A stretch of 64,000 nucleotides of DNA from Tubulanus polymorphus (GCF_964204645.1 NC_134033.1:8068655-8132654), one strand, 5' to 3'; shown: positions 1-12,851, counted from the first letter of the stretch. The notes: generated from the sequence alone by a model not told the origin. Program-made: numbers and translations.

Positions 1-392
1 ATAAATGGCTTCTGTACTTACATGGAGTTACCCTTAGACTAGACTGATAACTGACAAAAAAAGTCTTACCCAAGCTAGCGTTGGCAAATACTACTGGCTC
101 TGGTCTGCTGCCTAGAGACTAGGGCCTATTAAGCCTACTATATTCTAGGCTAGATGAGTTAAGTAATTCTCTCTTGTTTTGATGAAGACTCGTCGCTGTC
201 ATTGATTGTGAATGAAATTCAACCATCATTCCTGGTCTACACGGTCCTTACTTCAGACCAGTCTGATTACATGATTGTCGACCTAGAAATAGTCAATACG
301 ATATCATATCAAATCTAGCTAGGCCTATTCAGTATTCTGCTGCTATTTAAATTTGACTTGTATGTTCATGAATGATTGATGACAGATTCATC

Positions 393-1370
393 ACAAAAAA
401 AGGATTTTGACCCCAGTATCCAAGGTACTATAAAAAGACAAGGGAGCCAACTCTCCGTCAGATCGGTCGATAGGTATGTCACTTCAACAGTTTGTAACTT
501 CGTTATTAATAATCCAATCCGATTCAAGTAAGAATATTCTTAAAGATAATGAATTTCTGCGTTAGACTGGGTGGTTTGAGATAGATTTGAGTGCCTTTTT
601 GAAAACAAACGGTGCTTTCGACCAGTAATTCTGAACCGACGAGGCTTTGAGCGTCTATTTCACCCCTTAAAACACCATCAACTTACCTCAAACTGACTGT
701 TCTGTAATCAGATGGAAGTTAACTATTGTTTGTGCATAAATTTGTAATCCTGAGTAGCTTTTGACGATTGTAGTAGCTCAAAACTTTTGAATAGTCGCCT
801 CAAAAAACAGTTGAAGTGAAGCAACATAACAAATATGGCGGCTTTTCGTGGTGCATGATGGGAGTGTAAATTACGGATTCGAACTTAAACTTGGTGCCAA
901 TGCAGATATTATTCTTGTTTCAAATTATTAAGGTTAAAATTGACCAAAATTTATGCGTTTTATCAAAAATAACATTTAGAGTAATTTTAGAGAGACATAT
1001 TGAATTTTCACATTTTATTAATTTAGTCCGTATTGGAAATCCCGATAGTGGCAATCAATTCAATTCAAATCAAATAAATAAATTCATCGGTTCGCGATTT
1101 AAATCATCAAAAAATATATTATAAAACACGTTTTCAAAGTCAACAAGGTAACTAATTTATTTATTTTAGTACAAAGGTTTGATTTGACACTAAAATCAGT
1201 TGATGCATTGCAATTAACAGAAGTTAACCTCTATATGATAGTTTAGCGTCAGACGTTGTACGGAACCGTCGTAGTAACAACGACTGGTATTCAGACTAAC
1301 CTATCGACTGTTGGCTCCCTTGTGTTTGTATATATAGTACCTCGGATACTGGGTCAAAATCCTTTTTTGT
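393..1370. mobile_element. Non-autonomous DNA transposon/MITE with ~60-80 bp imperfect TIRs
   Basis: ACAAAAAAAGGATTTTGACCCCAGTATCC..AAGGGAGCCAAC (393-451) is the reverse complement of 1310-1370. The internal part ~638-1298 is homologous, inverted, to 37186-37832. No clear TSD. Confidence 0.6.
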
Positions 1371-2184
1371 CAAGTCCCTGTGAGATTCATCAAGAAAAAA
1401 ATCGATGGTTATGTCGTGTATGATGCCGATGGGCGATGGTGGTATGAGTCACCCCCGTCCCACCCAGGCTGTGTCGGTAGTAACGCCTCAAACCCAGCTC
1501 ACCTTCGGCTTCTTACAACAGTAAATCCTCTTTATTCATTCGTTGGTGATTATGGCTTTTTTCGTCATAAATATCTTGGTTATCTACATTGAGTTAGAAG
1601 TAGGCCTAATTGCTAATAGAAATGATTCCTATTTTTCGAGAAAACTGCTCGTTAAAATATGGTCAATGTTGAGCGGCGTAGGCCTATACGATAATTGAAC
1701 GTGGGTTCGAATCCAAGATTTTTCATAACGTTAACGTTCTTGCAAATATCATTCTATTCTATTCCATTCCTAGTATTCTCTCATATATAAATAATCTCCT
1801 TTTTAAATATCAAAGATATCGCTCTTATGAAATACTCAAGCCCCTGGTTTCAGAATGGGGCAAATCTGGTAATAAGCCTCTGAGAGAAAAGGACAATGTG
1901 TTGTTGTGCCTGTTCTCTCGTTTGTATATTTTAATCCTTTTTATAGTAACATTTTGACAGTTTGTAACATTCTCAACAGATTATAATCATAATTAGTTCC
2001 CAACCTGATTTTGTTAAAGCCGCAACAAATATCCTGTAAAATCAGTTCATCTATGCAAGCCTGACTGTACACATCTCTCCGCTAAATAAATCGCTATAGT
2101 CTGAAGAAAGTCTTAAAGTTAGTCATTTCATGAGGAAAGGAACGGCTGCTTCAAGGGACAGGACGACGACTCTGCCTTGCTGCT

Positions 2185-5100
2185 CATGAATTCCACGTAA
2201 ACCGGGACAGGGAGTCGTAATTTTGAAACTTAGATAATACATTTGATTTTATCACAGATTTGCAGCCAACATTCCAGTGCGTCGTTTCGTTGTGTAATTT
2301 TTCGAATTTTAGTAGCAACCGGGCATCTGCGCATGCGCAACGTGCGTATACGGAAGTTTTTAAATTCAGTTCAGTAGAAGAAGAAAATTGCATTTTCAAA
2401 TCTGTTTGCATCGACGACACCGTTACATTCACATACGTAAGTTATATTTTTTTTTTTAATTATAGAGTAACTAGAACATGCAGGTATTAACATTACATGT
2501 CATTGTAAGAAGGTTATGGTAAAAATTCACCTATTATTTTTATGGAGCACAGCACGTGCCATGTAATTCCGTCACAATATTTTTTGAAATTTTTAATGTG
2601 GTTGCGAGAATATAGTTTTATTATCTTGAAGAAAGCTATGTACAACAAAGATTACTGGACATATAAAACAGGGTCGGTAAATCTTGCCGATTGCTTAAGG
2701 GTCATACGGAAAATCGCACGTGACGGAATTACATTCCAGATTGTGACGGAATTACATTTCCTGAAATTCCGTCACATTACTGCATACTATACTTATCTCT
2801 AAGTTTTACAATAAGATTCTTGTATATTTCAGATGGGCAAGACGGCTGCCGAACGTCAGAGGGAAAGACGGGCTCGTCTAAAACAAGATGCCGACGCATA
2901 TGAAGCATACAAGAAGTGTGATCGTGATCGAAAGCAAGTCTATCGTAGCGGTCTATCTGCAAATGAACTGCAGCAACTTCGTAAAAAGAATTTCGCCGCA
3001 GTTAAAAAGTTCAGGTCAACTGTGGATCCGGAAACAGCGATTCAGTGCGATTATAAATACGGTAATGCGGCTGCACTAAACAAAGCTAAGTCGAGGGTTA
3101 TCAGAAATCTACCCAAGAGCCCACGTAAACGAAGCACAGTTCTCAAGTCACTGGCGTGTGATTATTTAGATGCGTATGTTGTGAAGTCACCAACTCGTAA
3201 ACTGACAGATGCAACTACTGAGGCTGTCATTTCATTCTATCAAAAAGATGATGTCTCACGTACGATGCCCGTAAAAGCTGACTGCATCAGTTATAAAGAT
3301 CCCAAAACCGGCAAAAAGCTTAGAAAACAGAAGATGCATCTGGTGATGACAATATCAGAAGCTTATGAGGCTTTCAAGAATGACCATCCTGATGCAGTCA
3401 TCGGAAAATCTAAATTCGCAGAATTGCGACCGAAGTGGGTATGTTTGTGTTCAGAAATGCCCCATAATGTATGCACATGCAGGTACCATGAGAATATTTT
3501 CCTCTTGCTCGAAGCTTTGCACCGTAAATACCCGGATGTTGTTCCACTTTACTCCAAGGAAGCATTTACTGCCAAATGTGTCTGCGATGTTAATAGGGAA
3601 GAATGTATGTCCGATAATTGTGAAAAATGCCGTGATGCAGTTCTCTTTTATGAAAGATTCCGTGATGTTGTCGAACCTGAAATGGAATTCAAGTGGTATC
3701 AATGGGTTGACGTGGACGGTTACCTTCAGAAAGCGGCCCAGCATGGTTCCACAACAGATGCGTTGGATAGAATTGGGAGGTTTCTGTGGCATTCGTTCAT
3801 TAAAGAAAAACAAGCTACCTCGTACAACATTGCAAAAAGTGAGGCTTTGCTTGAAAAAAGTACGCAATGCCTTTTACAAATGGATTTTGCAGAGAACTTC
3901 ACATGTGTTTGGCAAGACGAGATACAAAGCGCCCACTGGAAACAGAAACAAGTCACCGTATACACAATGATGGTATATTATCGTAAACAGAACAAATCCT
4001 TCATTATAGTGAGTAATTGCCGTGATCACGAAAAACATGCAGTGACGGCATTTACTTCCAACATGATTGACAAAATCAAAGCGGAGTGTCCTGATGTCAA
4101 AACTGTGGACATATGGACAGATGGACCATCAAGCCAGTATAAAAACAAGTACGTTTTCTCCATACTGTCAAAACTTCAAGAGTATCACCAAGTGCAGGTA
4201 TTGTGGAACTACTTTGCAACTTCCCATGGCAAGGGCCCTAACGATGCTCTCGGCGGAAATGTCAAACGAATGGTACAACGTTTGGTGATGAGCAGGCGTG
4301 AAATTGTCAACGATGCGGATTCGTTTGCGAAAGCTGTGTGCTCCTGTACCACCGATATTGAAATAGCTGTCGTAAATGAGGAAGCCATCAACCAACGGTG
4401 AGTGGAACTCAATGTGCTTGACCTGTGGAATGGCTTGCAGACGTTTCGAGGAACAATAACAACTCACTTCGTTCAACCAGTTCATAATGCGATCAGATTG
4501 AAGTATTATACATCAGCCGTTGAGCATCGCACTATCGCAGCTCGTTACATGAAAGAAGACACTGTGAACAACCCCGTACAACAAACAAACAACAATGGAA
4601 CTGGAACTGAAGTAATGGAAGAGGAAGGTCCGACGGCAGTGACTTCCTTACAACCGCCGAAATCAAGAAAGTGCTCAACAAAAAAACCTGAACGAAAGAA
4701 GAGTGGAGATGATAAGTGCACCCGTTGCAGTTTCCTGTATGCTGACCCCAACGATCCGAGGAAGACAGAGGAATGGATTAGCTGTCGCAAGTGCCGGGCC
4801 TGGGCCCATGAGTCCTGTGGCGAGCATTTACTGGATGTTTATTCTAATGAATGTTTATTGTTTTATTTAACTGTTATTACAGTAGATTCCTCTCGAGCAA
4901 TCAGGTTCCTGTCTGAGGCAGACCGGCCCCATTATAGAATTAAAAGTCAGACAATCAATATGTTGGTCAAGAGTCTACTGTACCGTACTTTTCATTACTG
5001 TTAGTGTTCAATGTTTGAAGAGTTAGAAATTAGAATGTCAATTCTTGAAGTCAGTTACATTACATTTAATGATCGTTCGGTGGCACCTTGGAGTAAATAA

Positions 5101-5915
5101 ACCTGTGGGTCGCACGATAATATAAAATTGGTCAAAATTGATGACTTGTTAATGTTGAGAGTTATTTTTTAATGCACACGTGTGCATCTCCCAGAATTCA
5201 TTTTTGTCGAGTTGTGTACACGTAGGCTACATTTATTTTATAAGTTACTTAAAAAGCAGTTTTTGAAATAAAATATATAGTAGGCCTATATTTTGAAATT
5301 AGTTATGCTGATTGGAGATTCTCGTTTTGAGGTTGCACTAACAATAGTTTGTGAATGGTTCATTTGAAACACGGACTGATGCCCCATAATGAGAATATGG
5401 TATCTACTATATCGTAAATCTGTCCAATTTCAAGAGAAACCACTGATGTGTCTTTATACCCCGACCTGGATTACCCAATGTGACGGAATTACGTCAATTG
5501 AAATTCCGTCACGTGACGGAATTTCACGATATGAGGATCCTTTTTGGGCACAACGAAGGGAATGTACCAGCCATTTGGTCAACGACGGTAAATAGATATC
5601 AGGTTTGACATGTGATATACCTAGTTAAGATAATTCTGTGCGATAGAATTCAAAATCGGAGCAGGGATATGGATAGAAGTTTTGTACTTCAAAAAATTAT
5701 GTCACTGACTGTAATTCCGTCACGCTGACTTTAGGACCCCATGGAAATAGATGAAGTCCTGTTACTGTTTAGTTGGATATCTCATAAAGTCGGCACACAC
5801 TGAAACTGACAAACATTATTAGTTATTACCAAAATAATTTTCTGTACCTCGAAATATAAGTACAATGCACTGCTAATCCGGGGTAAAATGTAATTCCGTC
5901 ACAATGGAATTCATG
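2185..5915 (+). mobile_element. Sola (Sola2-like) DDE DNA transposon inserted in the 5' LTR
   Basis: 11-bp TIR CATGAATTCCA/TGGAATTCATG and 4-bp TSD TGCT (2181-2184, 5916-5919); the empty site is present in the 3' LTR. Subterminal GTGACGGAATT repeats. Superfamily is inferred from the 4-bp TSD and transposase motifs. Confidence 0.75.
2833..5004 (+). pseudogene. Sola-like transposase with C-terminal PHD-like finger; one in-frame TGA at 4399-4401
   Basis: Motifs MDFAENF, QSAHW, WTDGPSSQYKN, WNYFATSHGKGPNDALGG. The frame continues after the TGA into CxxC..WISCRKCRAWAHESC. Confidence 0.8.
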
Positions 5916-6150
5916 TGCTTCAACCAGGGAACGTGACTCTGGCCGACTCGCTAATTTTGCTTCTGCCTGGTGACCCGCCTGGCTTTGCTTCTGCCTTGTC
6001 GACCCGCCTGGCTTCTGCCTCTGCCCGGCCTTTGCTTTGCTTCTGTCCGAGAACACAGTCCTCCTCGCTCGCTTCCTCACTCCCATCGCCTGTCAGTGGA
6101 GTGAGCCCTAAACCCCGTGGTGTTGGACCGAGAACTCTCCCAACATTAAC

Positions 6151-6167
6151 TGGTCCCTCGAGCCGGA
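6151..6167 (+). promoter_or_regulatory. Primer-binding site, tRNA-Tyr type
   Basis: TGGTCCCTCGAGCCGGA lies 5 nt after the LTR end and is complementary (1 mismatch) to the tRNA-Tyr 3' end TCCGGCTCGAAGGACCA. Confidence 0.8.
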
Positions 6168-6182
6168 CAGAAGACGACGAAG

Positions 6183-7822
6183 ATGACCGAAGAAAGCAGA
6201 AAACTGAAGACCACCAGAGGCTGCAGAAAAGCAACGTTAACCCGGATCTGCAACCAAGCAACCACGCTGATCGAAGTTCGAGGCAGCCGAACCCAGTTGG
6301 TGTCGCTGGTCCAGAAGTTAGCAGACGCCTTAGAAAATGTCGCGATAGCCAACGACACGTACGTCGATAGCCTCAACGATGAAACTGAGACAGCCACGGC
6401 AGAGAAATACGTCACCGAAATCGAAGAGACGCACACACAGATGGTCGCTAGCATTAAGACCTATCTGCAGTCAAGAGCTGACGACGCCTCATCCGTCATG
6501 TCAAAGGCCTCGTCAGCGGCGTCACGAGCAACCACCGTACGTGCGCAGAAGAAGGCCCTTGAAGTAAAACAACTGAGACGTCGCCTCGAGATAGAACGTC
6601 AACAAGATGAACTCACTCGTCAAGCCAAGCTAGCCCAGGCTCAAGACGAAGCCGACGCCGCCGCGCTAGAAGCCAGCCTCCAAGACGCAGATGTCTTAAA
6701 CGCTGATCGCCTACATGACTTGGACGACGAAATCCTGCCTATGCCGCAGCCCGATAGAATCCTGCCGATGTCGCAGCCTGATAGAATCCTGCCGATGTCG
6801 CAGACCGATAGAACTCTGCCGCCGATGCAGCCCGTTATGCCGCCGCCTGACTGGTCCATGTCGTATCAACCCGAATATCAGCCGAACCGAAACCAACCAA
6901 CCAATCAAAGCAGAAGATCGAACCATCTATTCTCGAAGTCCGTACCGAAGATACATTTGCACAAGTTTGACGGTGATCCAAGCGATTGGCCGAAATGGTA
7001 TGGTTTGTTTAAGGCACTGATCGACGACCAACCAGATCTTACAAACACAGAGAAAATCACGCACTTGCAGTCAGCTGTGACCGGTGTCGCAAAGGCAGAC
7101 GATTGCCGGTATGATGTACGAAGGTCGACTATATCACCAAGCTCTGAGATCACTCGAAGAAAGATTCGGCCGAGAAGAAGATGTCGTGAAAGCGTGCCTC
7201 AAGAAAGTTTTCACACAGCCCCCGCTGAAGAATTGTGATGCAGGACCACTCGAAAGATTTCAAGCTAGACTTCACTGTGCCGTGACGACCCTTGAGAATC
7301 TCGGCTATCAGGGTGACCTAGCAAGCGTAGAATCTTCGCCGAATCGTAATGAAACTACCGCCAGAACTCAACCGAGAATGGGGCAAGAAAGTATTTGAGA
7401 TTGAACCACGCCGCCCAAACCTGTCTGACTTGAGTAGATGGCTGACGCAGCAAGTAAAGATATCATTGAACTGTCCAGCCACGCGAAATGAAACACGAGA
7501 AACTCGAAGCTTCGACCGACCACGGCCGAATACTAGATCGATGTTCACGACCCAGAATCAAGCTAAATGTCCACTCTGCAACGAAGACCACAAGCTCGCT
7601 GTATGTCGAACGTTTAAGCTGAAGTCTGTCAACGAGAGATCAGCGTACATTGCAGGGTCAAAGAGATGTTTCTGCTGCTTGGGAGAAGGTCATCGTGTGA
7701 GATTCTGTCCCGGCGTGTACCCAGCCAAACTGCAAGGGGAAACATCACCCCCCCCCCCTGCTACACGGGAGTCAACGAGTGTACCCGAAGAGAGAAGTCG
7801 CTGTAGTGTGTCTATCAGATGA
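6183..7822 (+). pseudogene. BEL/Pao gag (frameshifted): DUF1759-like capsid region and zinc knuckles
   Basis: KFDGDPSDWPKW..F, EKITHL, CPLCNEDHKLAVC and CFCCLGEGH motifs spread over three frames. Confidence 0.85.
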
Positions 7823-10800
7823 ATCATCCGTCAACAGCCAAGAATACTACGAGACTGAAGCCGAAATCAACACTACTAGTCGCCAGAAGCATAACGTGTC
7901 AAACGCCATACTGCAAGTCGTTCCAGTCAGACTTTATGGCGACGGAGGTCAGCACCAAGATACCTACGCGTTACTCGACTCAGGCGCACAAACGTCACTG
8001 TGCTGTAGCAGACTTGTTGATCGACTCGGCATCAGCGGCGAGAGAAAATTTCTGAAGTTGAGCAATGTCGAAAATGACGGTGAACGGTACAAGACGCTTA
8101 AATTCAAGATGAAAATCAAACCACTCGGACCCGAAGCAGTCAACAACGTCATAGAAGTCAACGAGGCGTGGGCTGTACCCAGATTGAACGTTTCGATGCC
8201 GAAGATAAAGAAAACGATAATCGAAAATTACTTCAGTGACATTTGTATACCAGAAACGTCATCCGGGCAAGTGGAAGTTCTGCTGGGAGCCAACGTCATC
8301 GAAGCCATCATCAAGCACGAAGTCAGAACAGCAGGGCCCGGCCGACCGATTGCCGTAAGAACCGATTTTGGTTGGTCCGTTACCGGCAATATGGCGAATA
8401 CCGAACAGACGACTGAAAGAAACGTATTGTGCCTCGGGAAGTCAACCGATAATATCCACGAGACTCTTGATGCATGGTGGTCAACGAAGTCTTTCGGAAC
8501 GAAGTACGACAAGCCCGTAGCCGAATCCCGAGAAGATATCAGAGCCGATAAGATCCTGCGAGAGAGAACGAGATGTCTCGGTGACAGATACGAGACGAGC
8601 CTGCTGTGGAAGAACGACGACGTGCAGTTACCGAATAATCGCCCTATGGCCTACCGCCGATTAGAAACGACCGATAAGTCCTTGATTCGTGACCTGGCGA
8701 AAGCAGAAGCATATAAGCAGACATTCGCAGCTTACATCGCCGATGGCTACGCCCGTAAACTGACGCCACTTGAAGCTGCCTCTAACCAGAAGAAGAGATG
8801 GTATTTGCCGCATCACGCCGTCGTAAACCCAAACAAGAAGATCAGAGTAGTATTTGACGCTGTTGCCACTTACCAGGGAGTGTCACTGAATAACCAACTC
8901 GTACCCGGCCCAGATCTGCTCCAAAGCCTACCAGGAATCCTGCTAAGATTCAGAGAAGAGCCGATTGCTATAACGGCCGATATTGAGCAGATGTATCACC
9001 TAGTAAAAGTTCGAGAAGAAGACCGACCAGCCCTCAGTTTTCTGTGGAGAGACTTAGATACCACGAGACCGCCAGACGTCTACGAAATGCAAGTCACAAT
9101 CTTCGGCGCCCGGTGTTCTCCAGCCATGGCGAATTACGTCTTAAGGAAGACAGCAGAAGATAATGAATCAGAAGTAGACGCAGACACCGCCGCAGCCATT
9201 AGAAAACATTTCTACATGGAAGATTTTCTGAAGTCCGAAAAATCGACCGCCCAAGCTATTCAACGCGCAAAAGATGTAACGATGCTGGTGAAACGTGGTG
9301 GATTCAGACTGACGAAATGGACGAGCAACAGCCGTGAAGTCCTGCAAGCATTACCACCATCCGAAGTCAGCTGCCAGTCGATCGATTTGATGGCCGACCA
9401 GCTACCCGCTGAACGTACCCTCGGGGTGATATGGGATCCAGAGTCAGACACGATTGGTTTCAAGGTCCGAGAAGCAATGACGGAGGCTACCAAACGGGGA
9501 GTGCTAAGCAAATTTTCATCAGTTTTTGACCCGTTTGGCATTGCTGCACCATTCACAGTTAAGGCGAAGATCCTGATGCAACGTCTTTGATGTCAGAAAC
9601 TCGACTGGAACGATGAACTAACTGGTGGGGACCTGGAAAATTGGCAGATGAGGCTCGAAGAAATGATCAAACTTGAGATGCTGAAAATTCCGAGATGTTA
9701 CCGAGTACCAGATGTGCCGTCGACCGGGCGACAACTACATGTCTTCTGTGACGCATCCGATAAAGCCTTCGGTGCCGTGGCTTACCTTCGCACGCAACAC
9801 GCTGATGGCAACGTCCGAGTCGCATTCGTCATGAGCAGATGTCGCGTCGCCCCGCTGAAGAAACTATCAATAGTTAGGTTAAGGCTGGCTTATGTCGACA
9901 AGCAACGCGACGCCTACCGACGCAACTGGGTTTATCGCCGATTAGCGGCAACTAGCCGCCTACGAGAGGCCGCCAGTTGCTCCTCAATCGGTTCGACATA
10001 AGCCGGCTTGCGACGGCAACGCGACGCCTACCGACTCGTCGCAAGCCGTATCCGGCTAGTTGCCCATGTTCTACTCCGGCCTACAGTAGGCGGGCAGTTG
10101 CTTTCGATAGCAGCCGACATAAGCTCATCTGCGACGCGACGGAACTGAGCGCAGGGGTTCCAGCCAATGAGAGACCGCATATACATAGTACAAATTATCA
10201 CCGCTGGTTAGAGTCATTCGTAATTAGTCATAAACTTTCTAATTCAAGTAGTTCAAAACGTAAACCAAACCTTCAGCACGGCAGAGGACTGGACCGAAGA
10301 TCTAGAAACGCAATTGGTAGAATTATGGTGTGAGCGGCCATCTTTATAGATGTCGCTAGCACGTTGTATTCAAAACAGAATCAGAAAGATCAAAGTCTTA
10401 AAGAAATAGCTTTTCTAATAGAAATATATTTCCTAATAATTCAAATTTATTCTCAAAGTGCTTATCACGTGACAATTTGAGCCGTTGCAGTTGCTAGTAA
10501 TCGCAACCGACATAAGCAGGGAAGCAACTGGGAGGATCTCATATCCCGATAGTCGGCCTCAGTTGCTGCGAATCGGAGCGCTGTCGACATAAGCTGGGCT
10601 GCGATCGCGGTTGCTCTCAGTTGCGTCGGTAGGAGTCGGTAGGCGTCGCGTTGCTTGTCGACATAAGCCAGCCATGCAAGCGGTAGTCCTGGCCGTGAGA
10701 CTAGCCGACACCATTCGCAAAGAAATCAGCTCGTAGTCGATGAAACGATATTCTGGTCGGACAGCGAAATTGTGCTGAAGTATATCGCAAATGAAACGAA

Positions 10801-11015
10801 ACGATTCCACATCTTCATCGCCAATCGGGTAGCTGAAATCCACGACTCCTCGCATCCAAACCAATGGCGACACATCCCAGGAAGTCTGAACCCAGCTGAC
10901 ATCGTGTCGAGAGGTGCCACCGTCACAGAACTCAAGTCCAGTGTCTGGCTAGAAGGACCTGAATTCCTCAAACTTGATGACACAAACTGGCCGAAGCCGA
11001 AGCTAGTCGACTCAA
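7779..11015 (+). pseudogene. BEL/Pao pol 5' part: aspartic protease, RT, RNase H
   Basis: LLDSGAQ (protease); YLPHHAV, ADIEQMY and FYMED (RT, YxDD mutated); LHVFCDAS and NPADIVSRG (RH). Contains stops and a MITE insertion. Confidence 0.9.
9883..10673. mobile_element. PIF/Harbinger-like MITE inserted in Pao RNase H
   Basis: ~39-bp TIR GGCTGGCTTATGTCGACAAGCAACGCGACGCCTACCGAC at both ends. It interrupts LSIVRL|MQAVVLAVRL. The left flank is TTAA; the right TSD is lost. Confidence 0.8.
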
Positions 11016-11362
11016 AGTAATAGGGAATATCTTGTTTCATACCAAAGGTCGAAAGGTCGAGTTCATAAAAATGAAAAATATGAAAATAATAACAATTTCT
11101 ATTTGAATTAGTAGCGAAACTCATATAAAATGAAAAATAATTCTCGCACACTCGAATTTATTTTTCATTTTATATGAGTTTCACTCCTAATTCAAATAGA
11201 AATTATTATTATTTTCATATTTTTCATTTTTTACTCACTAGCCCTTTCAACCTTTGATATGAAACAAGATATTCCCTATTACTCTTAAAATATTCATATA
11301 TATGAATAAAATATAAATGAATAACTTCTAAAATCATTTTTAATAAAAATTTTAGTATTAAA

Positions 11363-11590
11363 ATGGAAGCAAATAAGTACTACTGCCCAACGTGTAATAT
11401 CAATATAGATAAATCCCAAAAAGCAAGACACAATAAAACTAAAACACATTTAGAGAATAAATTGAAACTAGAATATTTACAGTTATATTCAGAACAGTTA
11501 ACAAAGGCAAAGAAATTTATTGAATTATTGAATAATGATCCAAATAATGAACAATACGTTGAGGAATTTGATATCAAGGATATGATTTAG
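11363..11590 (+). CDS. Short ORF: TIR-borne copy of the pPolB N-terminal C2H2 finger fused to an HNH-gene-like tail
   Basis: The first ~38 aa match 29108-28995. The tail LQLYSEQLTKAKKFIEL resembles LQLYLDQLDKAKTFVEL of the 12044 ORF. Confidence 0.5.
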   Translation: MEANKYYCPTCNINIDKSQKARHNKTKTHLENKLKLEYLQLYSEQLTKAKKFIELLNNDPNNEQYVEEFDIKDMI

Positions 11591-11822
11591 ATATTTCATG
11601 TCGGTTGTTTCTATTTACATAATTATATATAATTATGATTAGCGCATGCGCATTAAGCAAAACCGCGCATGAATGCGCGGTTTGCCCAGTGGTATTATTT
11701 AGATATCAAGGAATCGAAACGACTTATCAAAAGCAGCGAGGAATGAAAAAGGATGACGTTGGTCGAAGAAATGGAAGAGGATTCTAAAATATTAACCAAT
11801 TTAGTAAAAATTCGTATAATAA

Positions 11823-12511
11823 ATGGAACCAGAACAACCACAAACTATCAATATTACAAATAACACTGGTGTTATAAATATATATTATAAGAAGTGTTCT
11901 AAATGTGAATTAGATAAATTAGCTATAACAGAATTTAGTAAGCGTAAGATTAGCAAAGATGGTTTTCAATATTGTTGTAAAACTGGTTTAAACTATATAC
12001 CAAACAATACCGAGAAGATAATATAGAACATTATAATTATTATATGGCAGAATATATGAGAGAAAGATATCAAACAGATCTTAATTTTAGATTGAAACAA
12101 TGCTTAAGATCTAGATTAACACAATTATTCTACAAAGAAACACATTCAGAAACACTATCTAATCTATTGGGTTGTTCAGATGAATTTCTCAAATCATGGA
12201 TAATATATCAATTCGATGATAAAATGAATATAGATAATTATGGTGAATACTTTCATATTGATCACGTGTTGCCGATTTCTAAATTTGACATGAATGATGA
12301 ATACAATAAAAAACTTATTTGGAATTGGAAGAATCTAAGACCTTTAGAAAAGAAGGAAAACATTATTAAATCCAATAAACTAGATTTACAGTTATATTTA
12401 GATCAACTGGATAAAGCAAAGACATTTGTTGAATTATGGAATAGTATTTCACAGAATCAACCGCATTCTGAGGTTTTGATCAGTGGTTATAAAGCTGGCA
12501 ATTCTATTTGA
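11823..12511 (+). pseudogene. HNH endonuclease of large-DNA-virus type (frameshifted)
   Basis: N-terminal KCSKC..EF..R...DG...CK zinc ribbon, then RSRL, LLGCS, NYGEYFHIDHVLPISKFD and NLRPL..KEN..KSNK. Confidence 0.75.
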
Positions 12512-12851
12512 GCTTTGTATGTATATAATACATAGCTTTTGCTTACTACTAAAACATATGTTGCCAAATATATCTTGTTTTCAATTCTAAAGAATTAATT
12601 AACTTCATCATAAAGAACATCTGTGCAGAAGTAATTAGTTTGGTCGAACGTGCGCCACGTCGGCAGTTAGAAATCAACTTTCACATACATAGTACGTATT
12701 GGATATTCTCTCACACTCTGGATATTCAAAACACAGTTTACAGTTCTAAATCTAAATGTAAGTACCGTTTTTTGTAGTTATTATGAAGTAGGGAAACCTT
12801 TAAACATATTTAAGTATAGTAATTCATTTTCACGATATCTTTTAGATTAAA

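Larger units (their letters stand above)
1902..6145 (+). repeat. 5' LTR of BEL/Pao element (1902-2184 plus 5920-6145), split by a DNA transposon and missing ~135 bp near its 5' end
   Basis: Near-identical to the 3' LTR from TGTGCCTGTTCTCTCG to ACTCTCCCAACA once 2185-5919 is removed. Confidence 0.9.

Noticed and set aside
1660-1715. tRNA or SINE suggested by the B-box GGTTCGAATCC
   Set aside because: No cloverleaf, convincing A-box or second full copy is visible.
5826-6454. Overlapping ORFs in LTRs and antisense to gag/pol
   Set aside because: Shadow frames of GC-richer TE sequence with no recognisable domains.
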